In this document: positions 18,801-28,318 of the stretch, piece after piece
How the letters are laid out: each line of letters begins with the position of its first letter
Position numbering within the stretch: the first letter of the stretch is position 1
NCBI GenBank assembly: GCA_035517615.1
Contig: DATIYM010000018.1
Span: forward strand, 45,822 to 109,821
DNA from: Gemmatimonadales bacterium
GTDB taxonomy: Bacteria; Gemmatimonadota; Gemmatimonadetes; Gemmatimonadales; GWC2-71-9
Length of the DNA: 64,000 nt
Direction: 5' to 3'
Made by a program: the position numbers and the translations under genes
Notes under the pieces: generated by a model
Seen by the model: only the letters and a program-made list of their open reading frames with translations
Told to the model about the DNA's origin: nothing
The model's database searches: none

Positions 18801-20066
18801 TCAGAAGAAGTCCTGCAACCATCGTTTGAGCGGCCCGAACCACCGATCCACTCCGCCGGCCCCACCGCCACCGGTCACGAGCAAGCTTCCCGAAGCGCCC
18901 TGCACCGCGCGTCGCGCGGCGTACACCACCAGTCCCGCCGGTACCGCGTAGCGCGGCGCCTGCACGCTGTCGACCAGCCCGGCCAGCCCGTGCTCCGGCG
19001 CGCCGGCCCGGACCGGCAGCGCGAACGCCTCGCGCGCCAGCTCGGCCATGCCCGGAAGGTGCGCCGTACCGCCCGTCAACACGACCCCGGCGGGCAGCTT
19101 CCCCGCCCCATATCCCGCGCGCTCGAGCTCCCGCGCCACGAGGTCGAAGATTTCATCCACCCGATGGTGGATGATGTTGGACAACAGCTCGCGCGAGGCC
19201 TGGCGCGCGCCCTGTCCCGGGGTCGACGGCAGCGTCACCATTTCCTCGGCATCGACGAGCGGCGTGTAGGCGACACCGTGGCGTTCCTTGAGCCGCTCCG
19301 CATCCGCCTGTGTCACGCCGAGGACCTGAACGAGATCCGTGGTGACCTGTCCGCCCGCGTATCGGATCGACGCGAGGTGGCGGATCTTTCCGTCGTGAAA
19401 GATCGACACTCCTGTAGACCCACCGCCCACTTCGACCAGAGCTACTCCCAGCTCTTTCTCGTCCTCGGTCAGCACCGCGTACGACGCCGCCAGCGGTTCG
19501 AGCACGAGATCGGCGATACGGTATTTCGCGCGTTCGACGCTCCTGCGCACGTTCTGGGCCGCAGTCTGCGGCACCGTCACGAGATACATCTCTACCTCGA
19601 GCCGCGTGCCGGTCATTCCGACCGGATCGGAAATCCCGCGCTGCTGGTCGACCACGTACTCCTGCGGGATGTCGTGCAGCAGCTCGTTGTCACGGCCGAT
19701 CGACACGGCGCGCGCCACCTCATTCACCCGGGCGACGTCAGCGGCGGTGATCTCCTCCCCCCTGACCGCGACCACACCCGACGAGGTCCGTGCCGAAACG
19801 TGTTCGCCCGCGACGCCGCAGGTGACGGCCTGCACTTTCGCTCCCGCCATCAGCTCGGCGTCGCGGAGCGCCGCGGAAATCGATTGCGCGGTCTCTTCAA
19901 TATCGCGCACCATCCCGCGCCGCACACCGCCATTCTTCGCGAGCCCCACACCGAGCACCTTCGCCACCGGCTGTCGGGGAATGTCGCCCGTGACTTCCGC
20001 GATCACGGCGCACGTTTTGGTGCTGCCGAGATCGAGCCCCGCGACCAACCGACGCTCGCGCGTCAT
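18801..20066 (-). CDS. ftsA: cell division protein FtsA
   Basis: 421 aa. Actin-like fold: [43 protein letters not shown]. Confidence 0.9.
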   Translation of the reverse strand: MTRERRLVAGLDLGSTKTCAVIAEVTGDIPRQPVAKVLGVGLAKNGGVRRGMVRDIEETAQSISAALRDAELMAGAKVQAVTCGVAGEHVSARTSSGVVAVRGEEITAADVARVNEVARAVSIGRDNELLHDIPQEYVVDQQRGISDPVGMTGTRLEVEMYLVTVPQTAAQNVRRSVERAKYRIADLVLEPLAASYAVLTEDEKELGVALVEVGGGSTGVSIFHDGKIRHLASIRYAGGQVTTDLVQVLGVTQADAERLKERHGVAYTPLVDAEEMVTLPSTPGQGARQASRELLSNIIHHRVDEIFDLVARELERAGYGAGKLPAGVVLTGGTAHLPGMAELAREAFALPVRAGAPEHGLAGLVDSVQAPRYAVPAGLVVYAARRAVQGASGSLLVTGGGGAGGVDRWFGPLKRWLQDFF

Positions 20067-20797
20067 TCGCCCGTCCTAGTGGGCGACGCAGCCGTCGAGT
20101 GATCGCGTCGCGCCCGCACCACCACCTGACCCGCGAAGCGCGCGTCGAGCTCGGTGTACCGCCGGCGGCGGCGCTTCAGGTCCTGCTGGACGAGCAGCGC
20201 CGCGCGCACGTCCTCGACGCCCGCATCCCGGGCGAACAGCACACGCGAGGTCGTGCAGTCGAGCGCGATGCCCGCTCCCTTGGGGAGCACACGCGCGGTG
20301 ATCACGACCGCCGAAAAATCCGGATCGACCGTCGCGACCAGCGCCAGCACGCGCAGCAATGCGGTATCGCGCGCGGCCGCGACGGGCAGATCGATGCGGG
20401 CGCGCGCCGGATCGAATGGCAGCACAACCCCATGCGCATCGACCGGGGAGAGCTCGCCGCGTGGCCCCGGAATGAACGCCGCCGGCTCCACTTCCTGCAC
20501 GACGATCTCGAGCGTCCCGGGGAAATGCCGCTCGATTGCCGCGTCCGCCACGCCGGCAACGCCCTTCACCCGATCCCGGAGCAGCTGGGCGTCGGTGAAC
20601 ACGCTCGACTCGGACGTGAGCCTGAGCGCGTGGACGATCGAGTCGGGCGCAAGATAACGGATGCCGGCCAGCTCGATTCGCCGGACACGAAATGCCGGCA
20701 TCATGCGGATGGCGCGTGGCGCCCCGATCCAACCCACTACGATGACGGCCGCCGCGGCGGCGACGAACCCCAGGCGGCGTCGATCGCGTCGTTTCAC
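20063..20797 (-). CDS. ftsQ: cell division protein FtsQ (POTRA domain)
   Basis: 244 aa. Basic N-terminus, one TM, then a POTRA-like VRRIELAGIRYLAPDSIV. Its position between murC and ftsA supports the call. GTGA overlap with murC. Confidence 0.75.
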   Translation of the reverse strand: MKRRDRRRLGFVAAAAAVIVVGWIGAPRAIRMMPAFRVRRIELAGIRYLAPDSIVHALRLTSESSVFTDAQLLRDRVKGVAGVADAAIERHFPGTLEIVVQEVEPAAFIPGPRGELSPVDAHGVVLPFDPARARIDLPVAAARDTALLRVLALVATVDPDFSAVVITARVLPKGAGIALDCTTSRVLFARDAGVEDVRAALLVQQDLKRRRRRYTELDARFAGQVVVRARRDHSTAASPTRTGE

Positions 20798-22197
20798 TCG
20801 CGAGCCCCAGGAGACCGCGGGTATCGTCCGGACAGTTCGCGTCCCACCCGCGTGATGTCTCCGGCGCCGAGCGTGAGGACCACGTCGCCACGTCGCATGA
20901 GCGCGGCCACCCGTTCCGTGAGCGCCGGGCGGTCGCGCACAGCCACCGTCGGCGCGCCCGCGCGGGCCGCGCCGCGCGCCACGATCTCCGCGGTGACGCC
21001 CGCGAGCGGCTGTTCCCGGGCGGCGTAGATCGGCGCGATCACGGCGACATCGGCCGCCGCGAGCGAGCGCCCCAGCGCGTCGCCGTGAAGCGCGGTGCGC
21101 GAAAAGAGGTGCGGCTGAAACACCGCCACGAGCCGCCGCCCCGGAAACCGCTGGCGCGCCGCGGCCAGCGTGGCCGCGACTTCGGTGGGATGGTGCGCGT
21201 AGTCATCCACGATGGTCACTCCGTCCACATCCCCGACATACTCGAACCGGCGAGCCACGCCGCTGAACCGCGCCAGTGCCTCGAGCGCCGGGCCGACATC
21301 AGCTCCGAGCGCGCGCACCACGCCCAGCGCCGCCGCGGCGTTCCGCAGGTTGTGCAGCCCTGGCACGCGTAACGATAACTCGACCTCCTCCCGCTCACCG
21401 GGGCCGGATGCGGGGAGCCGCACGCGAGCGCGTGAGGTCCCGACCTCGAGTGTCGGATCGATCAGGCGAATGTCGGCTTCAGGCGCCACCCCGAACGTCC
21501 AGACCGGGTTCGACAGTGCTTCGGCGACACGACGCGCCCCGACATCGTCGGAGCCAACGATTACCCGTGTTGCTCGGCTCGCGAATTCGCGGAACGCGTC
21601 GTCGAGCGCCGCCATCGAGCCATAACACTCGAGATGATCGGCTTCCACGTTGTTCACGACGGCCACCGTCGGCCGGAGCGACAGAAACGCGCGATCGAAC
21701 TCGTCCGCCTCGACCACATACAGCGCCCGGCCGCCGATCCTGGCGTTGCCGCGCCACTGAGCGACACGGCCGCCGGCGAGTCCCGTGGGATTTCGCCCGG
21801 CGGCCGTGAGCGCCTCCGTGACCATCACCGTGGTGGTCGTCTTGCCGTGGGTGCCGGCGACGGCCACCAAGGTCCCGCCGGAAACCACCTCGCCGAGAGC
21901 ATCGGCTCGGCGAATGACGGGAATACCCTGGGCGCGTGCTCGCTCAACCTCCGGGTGCTGCCCCGGAACTGCGGCGGTCACGACCAGCGCACGGGCGCCT
22001 TCGACATGGCTGGGGTCGTGCCCCTGCTGGACGACGACCCCAAGGGCTGCCAAATCGGCGGCACCGGACGGATCGTTATCACAGCCTGTTACGGCGAGAC
22101 CTTGTTGCCTGGCCAACAACGCCAAGCCACTCATCCCCGCCCCGCCTACTCCCATAAAGTGAATCGGGCGGGGATCGCCCGTTCCAAACAAGGTCAT
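20794..22197 (-). CDS. murC: UDP-N-acetylmuramate--L-alanine ligase
   Basis: 467 aa. IHFMGVGGAGMSGLALLA, AVAGTHGKTTTT, DDYAHHPTE. Confidence 0.9.
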   Translation of the reverse strand: MTLFGTGDPRPIHFMGVGGAGMSGLALLARQQGLAVTGCDNDPSGAADLAALGVVVQQGHDPSHVEGARALVVTAAVPGQHPEVERARAQGIPVIRRADALGEVVSGGTLVAVAGTHGKTTTTVMVTEALTAAGRNPTGLAGGRVAQWRGNARIGGRALYVVEADEFDRAFLSLRPTVAVVNNVEADHLECYGSMAALDDAFREFASRATRVIVGSDDVGARRVAEALSNPVWTFGVAPEADIRLIDPTLEVGTSRARVRLPASGPGEREEVELSLRVPGLHNLRNAAAALGVVRALGADVGPALEALARFSGVARRFEYVGDVDGVTIVDDYAHHPTEVAATLAAARQRFPGRRLVAVFQPHLFSRTALHGDALGRSLAAADVAVIAPIYAAREQPLAGVTAEIVARGAARAGAPTVAVRDRPALTERVAALMRRGDVVLTLGAGDITRVGRELSGRYPRSPGARE

Positions 22198-22209
22198 TAG
22201 TGAATGGCT

Positions 22210-22237
22210 AATATAGGAAATCTACGAGACTTGTGAA
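22210..22237 (-). promoter_or_regulatory. candidate sigma70-type promoter upstream of murC (TTCACA-N16-TATATT)
   Basis: The only AT-rich intergenic stretch in the dcw cluster is 22198-22248. The minus strand reads cccgtaaggcTTTCACAagtctcgtagatttccTATATTagccattcactaATG. There is no experimental support. Confidence 0.3.
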
Positions 22238-22248
22238 AGCCTTACGGG

Positions 22249-23343
22249 TCAGAGCGTCAGGATGGCAGCCGCGATTTCGCGCGACGCTTCCGGGTGTCCA
22301 TTCGCCTGCGCCCGCTCCGCCATCGTCGTGAGTCTCGGTCGGTCCCCGCTCATCTCGACCACGGTCTTGGCGAGCGATTCCGCAGTGAGGTCCGGCTCTG
22401 GAAGAAGGATGGCCGCCCCCCGGGCGGCAAGCGCGCGGGCGTTGTAGGTCTGGTGATCAGCCGCCGCGGTCTTGAGCGGGACCAGGACACTCGGCTTTCC
22501 CCACGCGCACAGCTCGGCAATCGTCATTGCACCCGCGCGGGAAACCACGAGATCCGCGGCTCGGTACGCCGGAGCGATGGGATCGAAGAACCCGCGTACC
22601 ACCACGCGCCCGGGAACAGCGCGCGACGCGTAGCGCTGCGCGTGCGCCGGCCCCGTGCCCCACAAGAGACTCACCCCGTCGAGCAACCGCTGTTCGAGCG
22701 CGCCGGCCACAGCCGCATTCAACGTCTGCGATCCCTGGCTGCCACCGAACACAAACACGCACGGTCGCGACGGCTCGAGGCCCATCTCGCGCAACACGGC
22801 GAAGCGATCGGTGCCCTCGGTGCCGTTGGCCGCCGGCGGACGGATCGGATTGCCGAACGTAAAGATCTGCGTCGCGACACCGGTCGAGAGCCGGCCACGA
22901 GCATCGTCGATGCCGAGATAAATGTGGCGTGCGCGCCGGGCGAGCCAGCGGGTCGTGAGGCCGGGAAACGCGTTCTGCTCCTGAAGTGCCGTCGGAATGC
23001 CACGCCGCTGGGCGCGCCACACGACGGGCCCGGCCGCGTATCCCCCGGTGCTCACCACCACGTCCGGACGTTCGGCGTCGAGCAGCCGATCGACGTCGTG
23101 CTTGAGCCTGAGTGCGAGTCGAATCCAGCGCACGTTCCGCCACCACGATCCACGATACAGCGGTTCGGATGGGAGGAGACGATAGGCGTAGGGATACTTC
23201 GGCAAGACGATCTTCTCGATGCCTCGTTCTGAACCGATCAACAGCAGCTGGATATCGGGGCGCTGCTCAGTGAGCGCGGCGGCGATCGCAAGCGCCGGCA
23301 TCAGGTGACCGCCTGTGCCGCCGCCCGCGATGAGAACCTTCAT
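22249..23343 (-). CDS. murG: UDP-N-acetylglucosamine--N-acetylmuramyl-(pentapeptide) pyrophosphoryl-undecaprenol GlcNAc transferase
   Basis: 364 aa. MKVLIAGGGTGGHLMPALAIA and a C-terminal GT28 domain. Confidence 0.9.
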   Translation of the reverse strand: MKVLIAGGGTGGHLMPALAIAAALTEQRPDIQLLLIGSERGIEKIVLPKYPYAYRLLPSEPLYRGSWWRNVRWIRLALRLKHDVDRLLDAERPDVVVSTGGYAAGPVVWRAQRRGIPTALQEQNAFPGLTTRWLARRARHIYLGIDDARGRLSTGVATQIFTFGNPIRPPAANGTEGTDRFAVLREMGLEPSRPCVFVFGGSQGSQTLNAAVAGALEQRLLDGVSLLWGTGPAHAQRYASRAVPGRVVVRGFFDPIAPAYRAADLVVSRAGAMTIAELCAWGKPSVLVPLKTAAADHQTYNARALAARGAAILLPEPDLTAESLAKTVVEMSGDRPRLTTMAERAQANGHPEASREIAAAILTL

Positions 23344-23376
23344 GCGGACCGCACGTCGGGTGCCGCCCCGCCCCGA

Positions 23377-24507
23377 TTACCCACCACCGCTCCGCACGTC
23401 TCTCCTGCTCCCGATGCTAATCAGCGCGCCGATCATCAGCAGCGCCATAAACAGGCTGGATCTGCCGTACGAGATGAACGGCAGCGTCACCCCGGTGGCC
23501 GGGATCAAGGCGAGAGTCACCCCGATGTGCAGCAGGGCGGAGACCGCGATTGATGCGGTGAGCCCGACAGCCAGGAGCTGGCCGAACGAGTCGCGAGCAC
23601 TCGTGGCGATTCGGAAACCGAGCCAGAGCACAGTAGCGAACAGGAGCAGCACCACACTCAATCCGAGGAATCCCCATTCCTCTCCGATGGTCGAGAAAAT
23701 GAAATCGGAGTACGCGTACGGCAGGTACCCGAATTTCTGCTGTCCCATGCCAAGCCCGACGCCCACGAGCTGCCCTGCGCCGATGCCGACCAGTGATTGA
23801 TGCACCTGCCACGTCGCTTCGGAGGGGGCGCTTCCCGGATTGAGGAACGTCAGCACGCGAGCCAGACGATATTGGGCACTGGCGACGGCGCCGAACGCGA
23901 GTGGCGCGCCCACTACCGCGAGTGCGAGGAAATGGCCAATCCGCGCGCCCGCCGCGAACAGGACGACGCCGGCCAGCAGAGCAACGAGCAGCGCCATCGA
24001 AAGGTTGGGCTCGAGGAAGATCAGTGCCACAATGGGCCCCAGCACCAGGACAAACGGCAGGAGGCCGTGCTGAAACGTGCGGATGTGCTCGCCCTTCCGC
24101 GCCGCGAGCATGGCCGTCCAGATCACGACCGCGAACTTCGCCACCTCGGAAGGTTGCAGCGTGAGCGGCCCGAATTGCACCCAGCGCCGAGCGCCGTTGA
24201 CCGCGGGCGCGACGGAGCGCGTAAACGGCAGCACCGGCAAGAGCAGCAGCAGCGCCGTCAGCCCCAGCAACGGCCAGGCCGCGCGCTGCCACAGGCGATA
24301 ATCCACGCGAGCACACACCACGGCCGCGAGCGCCCCGGCTGCGCCGCCCATGAGCTGACGCAGCGCGAATCCCGCACCCACCTCGCCCGATCCCCCCGCG
24401 GCGGTAACGAGACTCGAGGAGCCGTAGACCGCCACGAGTCCGAATACGACGAGCACGGCCACTACGAGCGCCAGCAAGCGCGTTTCCCAGCGCCGCTCGG
24501 CGCTCAC
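23377..24507 (-). CDS. ftsW: SEDS-family peptidoglycan glycosyltransferase FtsW
   Basis: 376 aa polytopic membrane protein. QPSEVAKF, SDFIFSTIGEEWG, PFISYGRSS. dcw context. Confidence 0.85.
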   Translation of the reverse strand: MSAERRWETRLLALVVAVLVVFGLVAVYGSSSLVTAAGGSGEVGAGFALRQLMGGAAGALAAVVCARVDYRLWQRAAWPLLGLTALLLLLPVLPFTRSVAPAVNGARRWVQFGPLTLQPSEVAKFAVVIWTAMLAARKGEHIRTFQHGLLPFVLVLGPIVALIFLEPNLSMALLVALLAGVVLFAAGARIGHFLALAVVGAPLAFGAVASAQYRLARVLTFLNPGSAPSEATWQVHQSLVGIGAGQLVGVGLGMGQQKFGYLPYAYSDFIFSTIGEEWGFLGLSVVLLLFATVLWLGFRIATSARDSFGQLLAVGLTASIAVSALLHIGVTLALIPATGVTLPFISYGRSSLFMALLMIGALISIGSRRDVRSGGG

Positions 24508-25844
24508 GCCGTCTCCGCCAGCGCCCGGAACCGCGCGCCGCGCTCTTCGTAATTGTGGAACATGTCGTAGCTCGAGCAGGCGGGCGACAGCAGAATCACG
24601 TCCCCCGGTTTCGCGGCGCGGCGCGCGCGGGCCACGACGTTCTCGAACGTGGTGCCGCGCTCGAGCGGCACCTGTCCCGCGAGATGCTGCTCGACGAGTG
24701 GTCCCGCCTCGCCGTACGCGATCACCAGCCGGCAGCGTCCGGTCTGGCGCAGCAAGTCGCCCAGCCGGGTATACGGCTCGCCCTTGTGCCGCCCACCGAG
24801 TAGCAGCACGAACGGCCGGGTCATCGCCTCGATGGCCACGACGGTCGAGGCAATGTTCGTGGCCTTCGAATCGTTGACCCAGAGCACGCCCCCCACCTCC
24901 CGCACCGGCTCGAGCCGGTGCGGGAGCGGATGAAACGAGCTCAGGCCGCGCGCGATCGCGTCGGCCGCGACCCCGGCCTCGCGCACTGCAAGCGCGGCGG
25001 CGAGAGCGTTGGCCACATTGTGGTCGCCCAACAGCTTCAGGTCATCGCGGCCGAGCAGCACCTCGTCTCCGAACCGCAATACGTGCCGCGCGCGGTCGTA
25101 CCACGCGTCCGCCCGTCCGCGCAGCGAAAACAACCGCCGCTCGCCCCGTACCGACCTGGCCATGCCGAGGACCGCCCGATCGTCGCCGTTCAAGACCCAT
25201 ACGCTCTTGTCAGCGGCGTTGCGAAACAGGAGTTGTTTGTCCGCATAGTACTCCGCGACACTGGAGTAGCGGTCGAGATGATCGGGCGCGAGGTTCGTCA
25301 TCACGCCCACCGCGGGCGCAAAATGCGGGCTGTCGTGCAGCTGAAACGAAGAGACTTCGACCGCGAGCCAGGAATACCGGTCCGGCGCGAGCGCCACCTC
25401 CGCGAGCGGCCGGCCGATGTTGCCTGCCGCTTCGGATTCGACGCCGCCCTGAATCAGCAGATGTTTGACGAGTGCCGTCGTGGTGGTCTTGCCGTTCGTA
25501 CCCGTGACCGCGATGCAGCGCGTCGCGCGCAAATGCTGAAAGCCGAGATCGAGCTCGGAAATGATCGGAACGCTGGCGGCGCGCGCCGCGGCGAGGGGAG
25601 GTGCCGCCGGAGGCACGCCCGGCGATACCACTACGAGCTCCGACTGTTTGATCCGCGCGAGATCGTGTCCTCCGAGCTGGACCGTAACGTCCCGCAGATC
25701 CCGGAGCGAGTCGAGCGCGACTCCGCTGTGTGCCTCCGGATGAGGATCCGCGTCGCTCGCGTACACCGCCTTCTTGTCTCGCACCAACAGTCGTGTCGCC
25801 GCGATTCCACTCCGGCCCAGCCCGATGACTGCGACTTCGCTCAT
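24504..25844 (-). CDS. murD: UDP-N-acetylmuramoylalanine--D-glutamate ligase
   Basis: Track ORF 24504..26645 trimmed to ATG 25844 (MSEVAVIGLGRSGIAATRLL). ATGA overlap with the mraY stop was checked in the sequence. VTGTNGKTTTT. Confidence 0.9.
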   Translation of the reverse strand: MSEVAVIGLGRSGIAATRLLVRDKKAVYASDADPHPEAHSGVALDSLRDLRDVTVQLGGHDLARIKQSELVVVSPGVPPAAPPLAAARAASVPIISELDLGFQHLRATRCIAVTGTNGKTTTTALVKHLLIQGGVESEAAGNIGRPLAEVALAPDRYSWLAVEVSSFQLHDSPHFAPAVGVMTNLAPDHLDRYSSVAEYYADKQLLFRNAADKSVWVLNGDDRAVLGMARSVRGERRLFSLRGRADAWYDRARHVLRFGDEVLLGRDDLKLLGDHNVANALAAALAVREAGVAADAIARGLSSFHPLPHRLEPVREVGGVLWVNDSKATNIASTVVAIEAMTRPFVLLLGGRHKGEPYTRLGDLLRQTGRCRLVIAYGEAGPLVEQHLAGQVPLERGTTFENVVARARRAAKPGDVILLSPACSSYDMFHNYEERGARFRALAETA

Positions 25845-26962
25845 CGCACCTTCAGCGTCGCCAGCGCTACCGCGGCGCAGAGGACGCCGAGGATGTAGAA
25901 CCGCACGACCACCTGCGGCTCCGCCCAGCCCAGCTTTTCGAAATGGTGGTGTAGCGGCGCCATGCGGAATACCCGGTGGGCGTCGGCGTACTCCTTGCCA
26001 TGCTTTTTCTTGCGCCAGCGGTACGCGCTCGTTTGGATCAGCACCGAGAGGGCTTCCGCGGCAAACACCGCCCCCGCGATGAGCAGCAGGAACTCCGCCT
26101 TGAGCATGATGGCGACGGTGCCGAGCGCGCCGCCAATCGCGAGCGCTCCCGTATCTCCCATGAATACCTGCGCCGGATGGGCATTGAACCAGAGGAATCC
26201 GAGCGCCGCGCCGAGCAGAGCGCCGCAGAACACGGTCAGCTCGCCAGCTCCCGGAAGGAAATACACGCCGAGATACCTCGCGGCGTCGAAGCGTCCGAAG
26301 AGGTATGCGAAGATCGCGAACGCGCCCGCGGTAATCGCCGTGAGCCCGCTCGCGAGCCCGTCCAGACCGTCGGTCAGGTTCACGGCGTTCGAGCTGCCGG
26401 TGAGCACGAATGTCACGAACAGGACATACAGCGGCGGCCAGAACGGGAGCAGGTAGTACTTGAACAGTGGCACCTGCGTGGACGCGGCGTGCAAATTGGG
26501 CGCGAGCGGCCACACCAGCAGAAACACGCCGAGCGCGACGCCGAATGACACCTGGCCCGCGAGCTTCCAGCGCGCGATCAGCCCGCGCGACTCCGCGCGT
26601 ACGATCTTGAGATAGTCGTCGAGAAATCCGATTGCGCCCATCCACAGCGTCGCGACGACGGCCAGCACCACATAGCGGCTATCGAGCCTCGCCCAGAGCA
26701 GGGTCGCGCTCACGCAGGCGAGAATGATGATGAGCCCGCCCATCGTCGGCGTGCCCCGCTTGCCCTGATGACTTGCCGGTCCCTCCGCGCGGATCACCTG
26801 CCCCACCTTGTAGCGCCGCAACGCGTCGATGATCCTCGGCCCGAAGACGAGCGCGACGAGCAGCGCCGTGAGCGTCGCGCCCGCCGCGCGAAACGTGATG
26901 TAGTTGAAGAGATTGAAGAGAATGTGACGCTTGGCGAACGGGGCCAGCAGGTGATACAGCAC
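25841..26962 (-). CDS. mraY: phospho-N-acetylmuramoyl-pentapeptide transferase
   Basis: 373 aa. GTPTMGG, NAVNLTDGLDGLA, FMGDTGALAIGG. Confidence 0.9.
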   Translation of the reverse strand: MLYHLLAPFAKRHILFNLFNYITFRAAGATLTALLVALVFGPRIIDALRRYKVGQVIRAEGPASHQGKRGTPTMGGLIIILACVSATLLWARLDSRYVVLAVVATLWMGAIGFLDDYLKIVRAESRGLIARWKLAGQVSFGVALGVFLLVWPLAPNLHAASTQVPLFKYYLLPFWPPLYVLFVTFVLTGSSNAVNLTDGLDGLASGLTAITAGAFAIFAYLFGRFDAARYLGVYFLPGAGELTVFCGALLGAALGFLWFNAHPAQVFMGDTGALAIGGALGTVAIMLKAEFLLLIAGAVFAAEALSVLIQTSAYRWRKKKHGKEYADAHRVFRMAPLHHHFEKLGWAEPQVVVRFYILGVLCAAVALATLKVR

Positions 26963-26980
26963 GTGGTCGGATCCTTGGAG

Positions 26981-28318
26981 TCAGGTCAGGTGGCGGAGCA
27001 CCCGCTCGAGCGCCACGCCGCGTGACGCCTTCAGCAAGACGACCTCGTCGCCCCGCAGGGCGGCACGCAACCTCGGGCCCAGGCGCTCCGCGTCCTCCGC
27101 CGTCACGAGCCGATCGCGGGCCGTGGGCAACGCATTGAACGCGGGCACGAATTCACCCACGGCGCCGATCAGCGCCGGATCGAAGTCGACGATTTCCCGC
27201 GCCGCCGCGGCGTGCAATCTTGCACTTTCGGCGCCCAATTCCAACATCGACCCGACCACAATCGCGAGCGGCCGGTGTGCCCGCTCGGCCAGAAGGTGCG
27301 CGAAGCGCAGCGCCGAATGAAGCGACCCGGGGTTGGCATTGTAGGTGTCGTCGACCACCGTGAGACCCCGGATGGCGAGCACGGTCCCCCGACCCGAAGG
27401 AAGGCGTACGAGCGCCAGCGCCGCGAGCGCCGGCCCCGGGTCGGCGCCGGCCGCTCGCGCGACCGCCAGCGCGATCATCGCGTTCTCCACCTGATGCTCG
27501 CCGGGCACGGCGAGCCGCGCCTCGTGCTGCATCCATCGGACCGTGGCATATCCGGCATCATCGAGCTGGATGCGTTCCGGCCGCACGTCCGCGCCCGGTG
27601 CCGTTCCCGCCACGATCGTGCGGGTGCGCCGCCGTGCTTCGATCGCCAGCTCCGGAGGATCGGTGCCCACCACTCCCAGCGGCGTTCCCTCGAGGAGCGA
27701 TAGCTTTTCGCGCATCACGCCGGCGAGCGAGCCGAATCCTTCGACATGCGCGTAATTCACGTTGGTCACGACGCCGATCGTCGGCTCCACGATGCGCCGC
27801 AGCTTCGCGATCTCGCCCGGGATGCTCGCGCCCGCTTCGATCACGAGCGCTTCCGTACCTTCCGGCGCCGCCAGCAACGTCAACGGCACACCGATGAGAT
27901 TGTTCAGGTTTCCGGACGTGGCATGGACGCGCCATTTCGAGCCGAGTGCGGCGCGGATCATTTCCTTCGTGCTCGTCTTGCCGCTCGATCCCGTGACGGC
28001 TACGACCGGCTTGTCGGTTCCGAGCGTGCGCCGCCGTGCGCGCCCGAGCAGCCCGAGCGCATCGAGCGTGTCGTCGACCTCGAAACAGGGCAGCCCCTGG
28101 ACCGGAGTGGTCCCGCGCCGGACGACTGCGGCGATCGCCCCGCGAGCCTTCGCCTCGGGCAGGAACGCGTGCGCATCGAACCGCTCGCCCTCGAGCGCCA
28201 CGAACAGCGCGCCGGGCGCGAGCTGGCGCGTGTCGGTGCTCACCCCGCCTCCGAAGGAAAGGCCCGGTGGACCGGGCACGCCCAGCGCGGCAGAGACCGA
28301 GGCGGAGGTCCACATCAC
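26981..28318 (-). CDS. murF: UDP-N-acetylmuramoyl-tripeptide--D-alanyl-D-alanine ligase
   Basis: 445 aa. VAVTGSSGKTSTKEM, DDTYNANP. dcw position. Confidence 0.85.
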   Translation of the reverse strand: MMWTSASVSAALGVPGPPGLSFGGGVSTDTRQLAPGALFVALEGERFDAHAFLPEAKARGAIAAVVRRGTTPVQGLPCFEVDDTLDALGLLGRARRRTLGTDKPVVAVTGSSGKTSTKEMIRAALGSKWRVHATSGNLNNLIGVPLTLLAAPEGTEALVIEAGASIPGEIAKLRRIVEPTIGVVTNVNYAHVEGFGSLAGVMREKLSLLEGTPLGVVGTDPPELAIEARRRTRTIVAGTAPGADVRPERIQLDDAGYATVRWMQHEARLAVPGEHQVENAMIALAVARAAGADPGPALAALALVRLPSGRGTVLAIRGLTVVDDTYNANPGSLHSALRFAHLLAERAHRPLAIVVGSMLELGAESARLHAAAAREIVDFDPALIGAVGEFVPAFNALPTARDRLVTAEDAERLGPRLRAALRGDEVVLLKASRGVALERVLRHLT

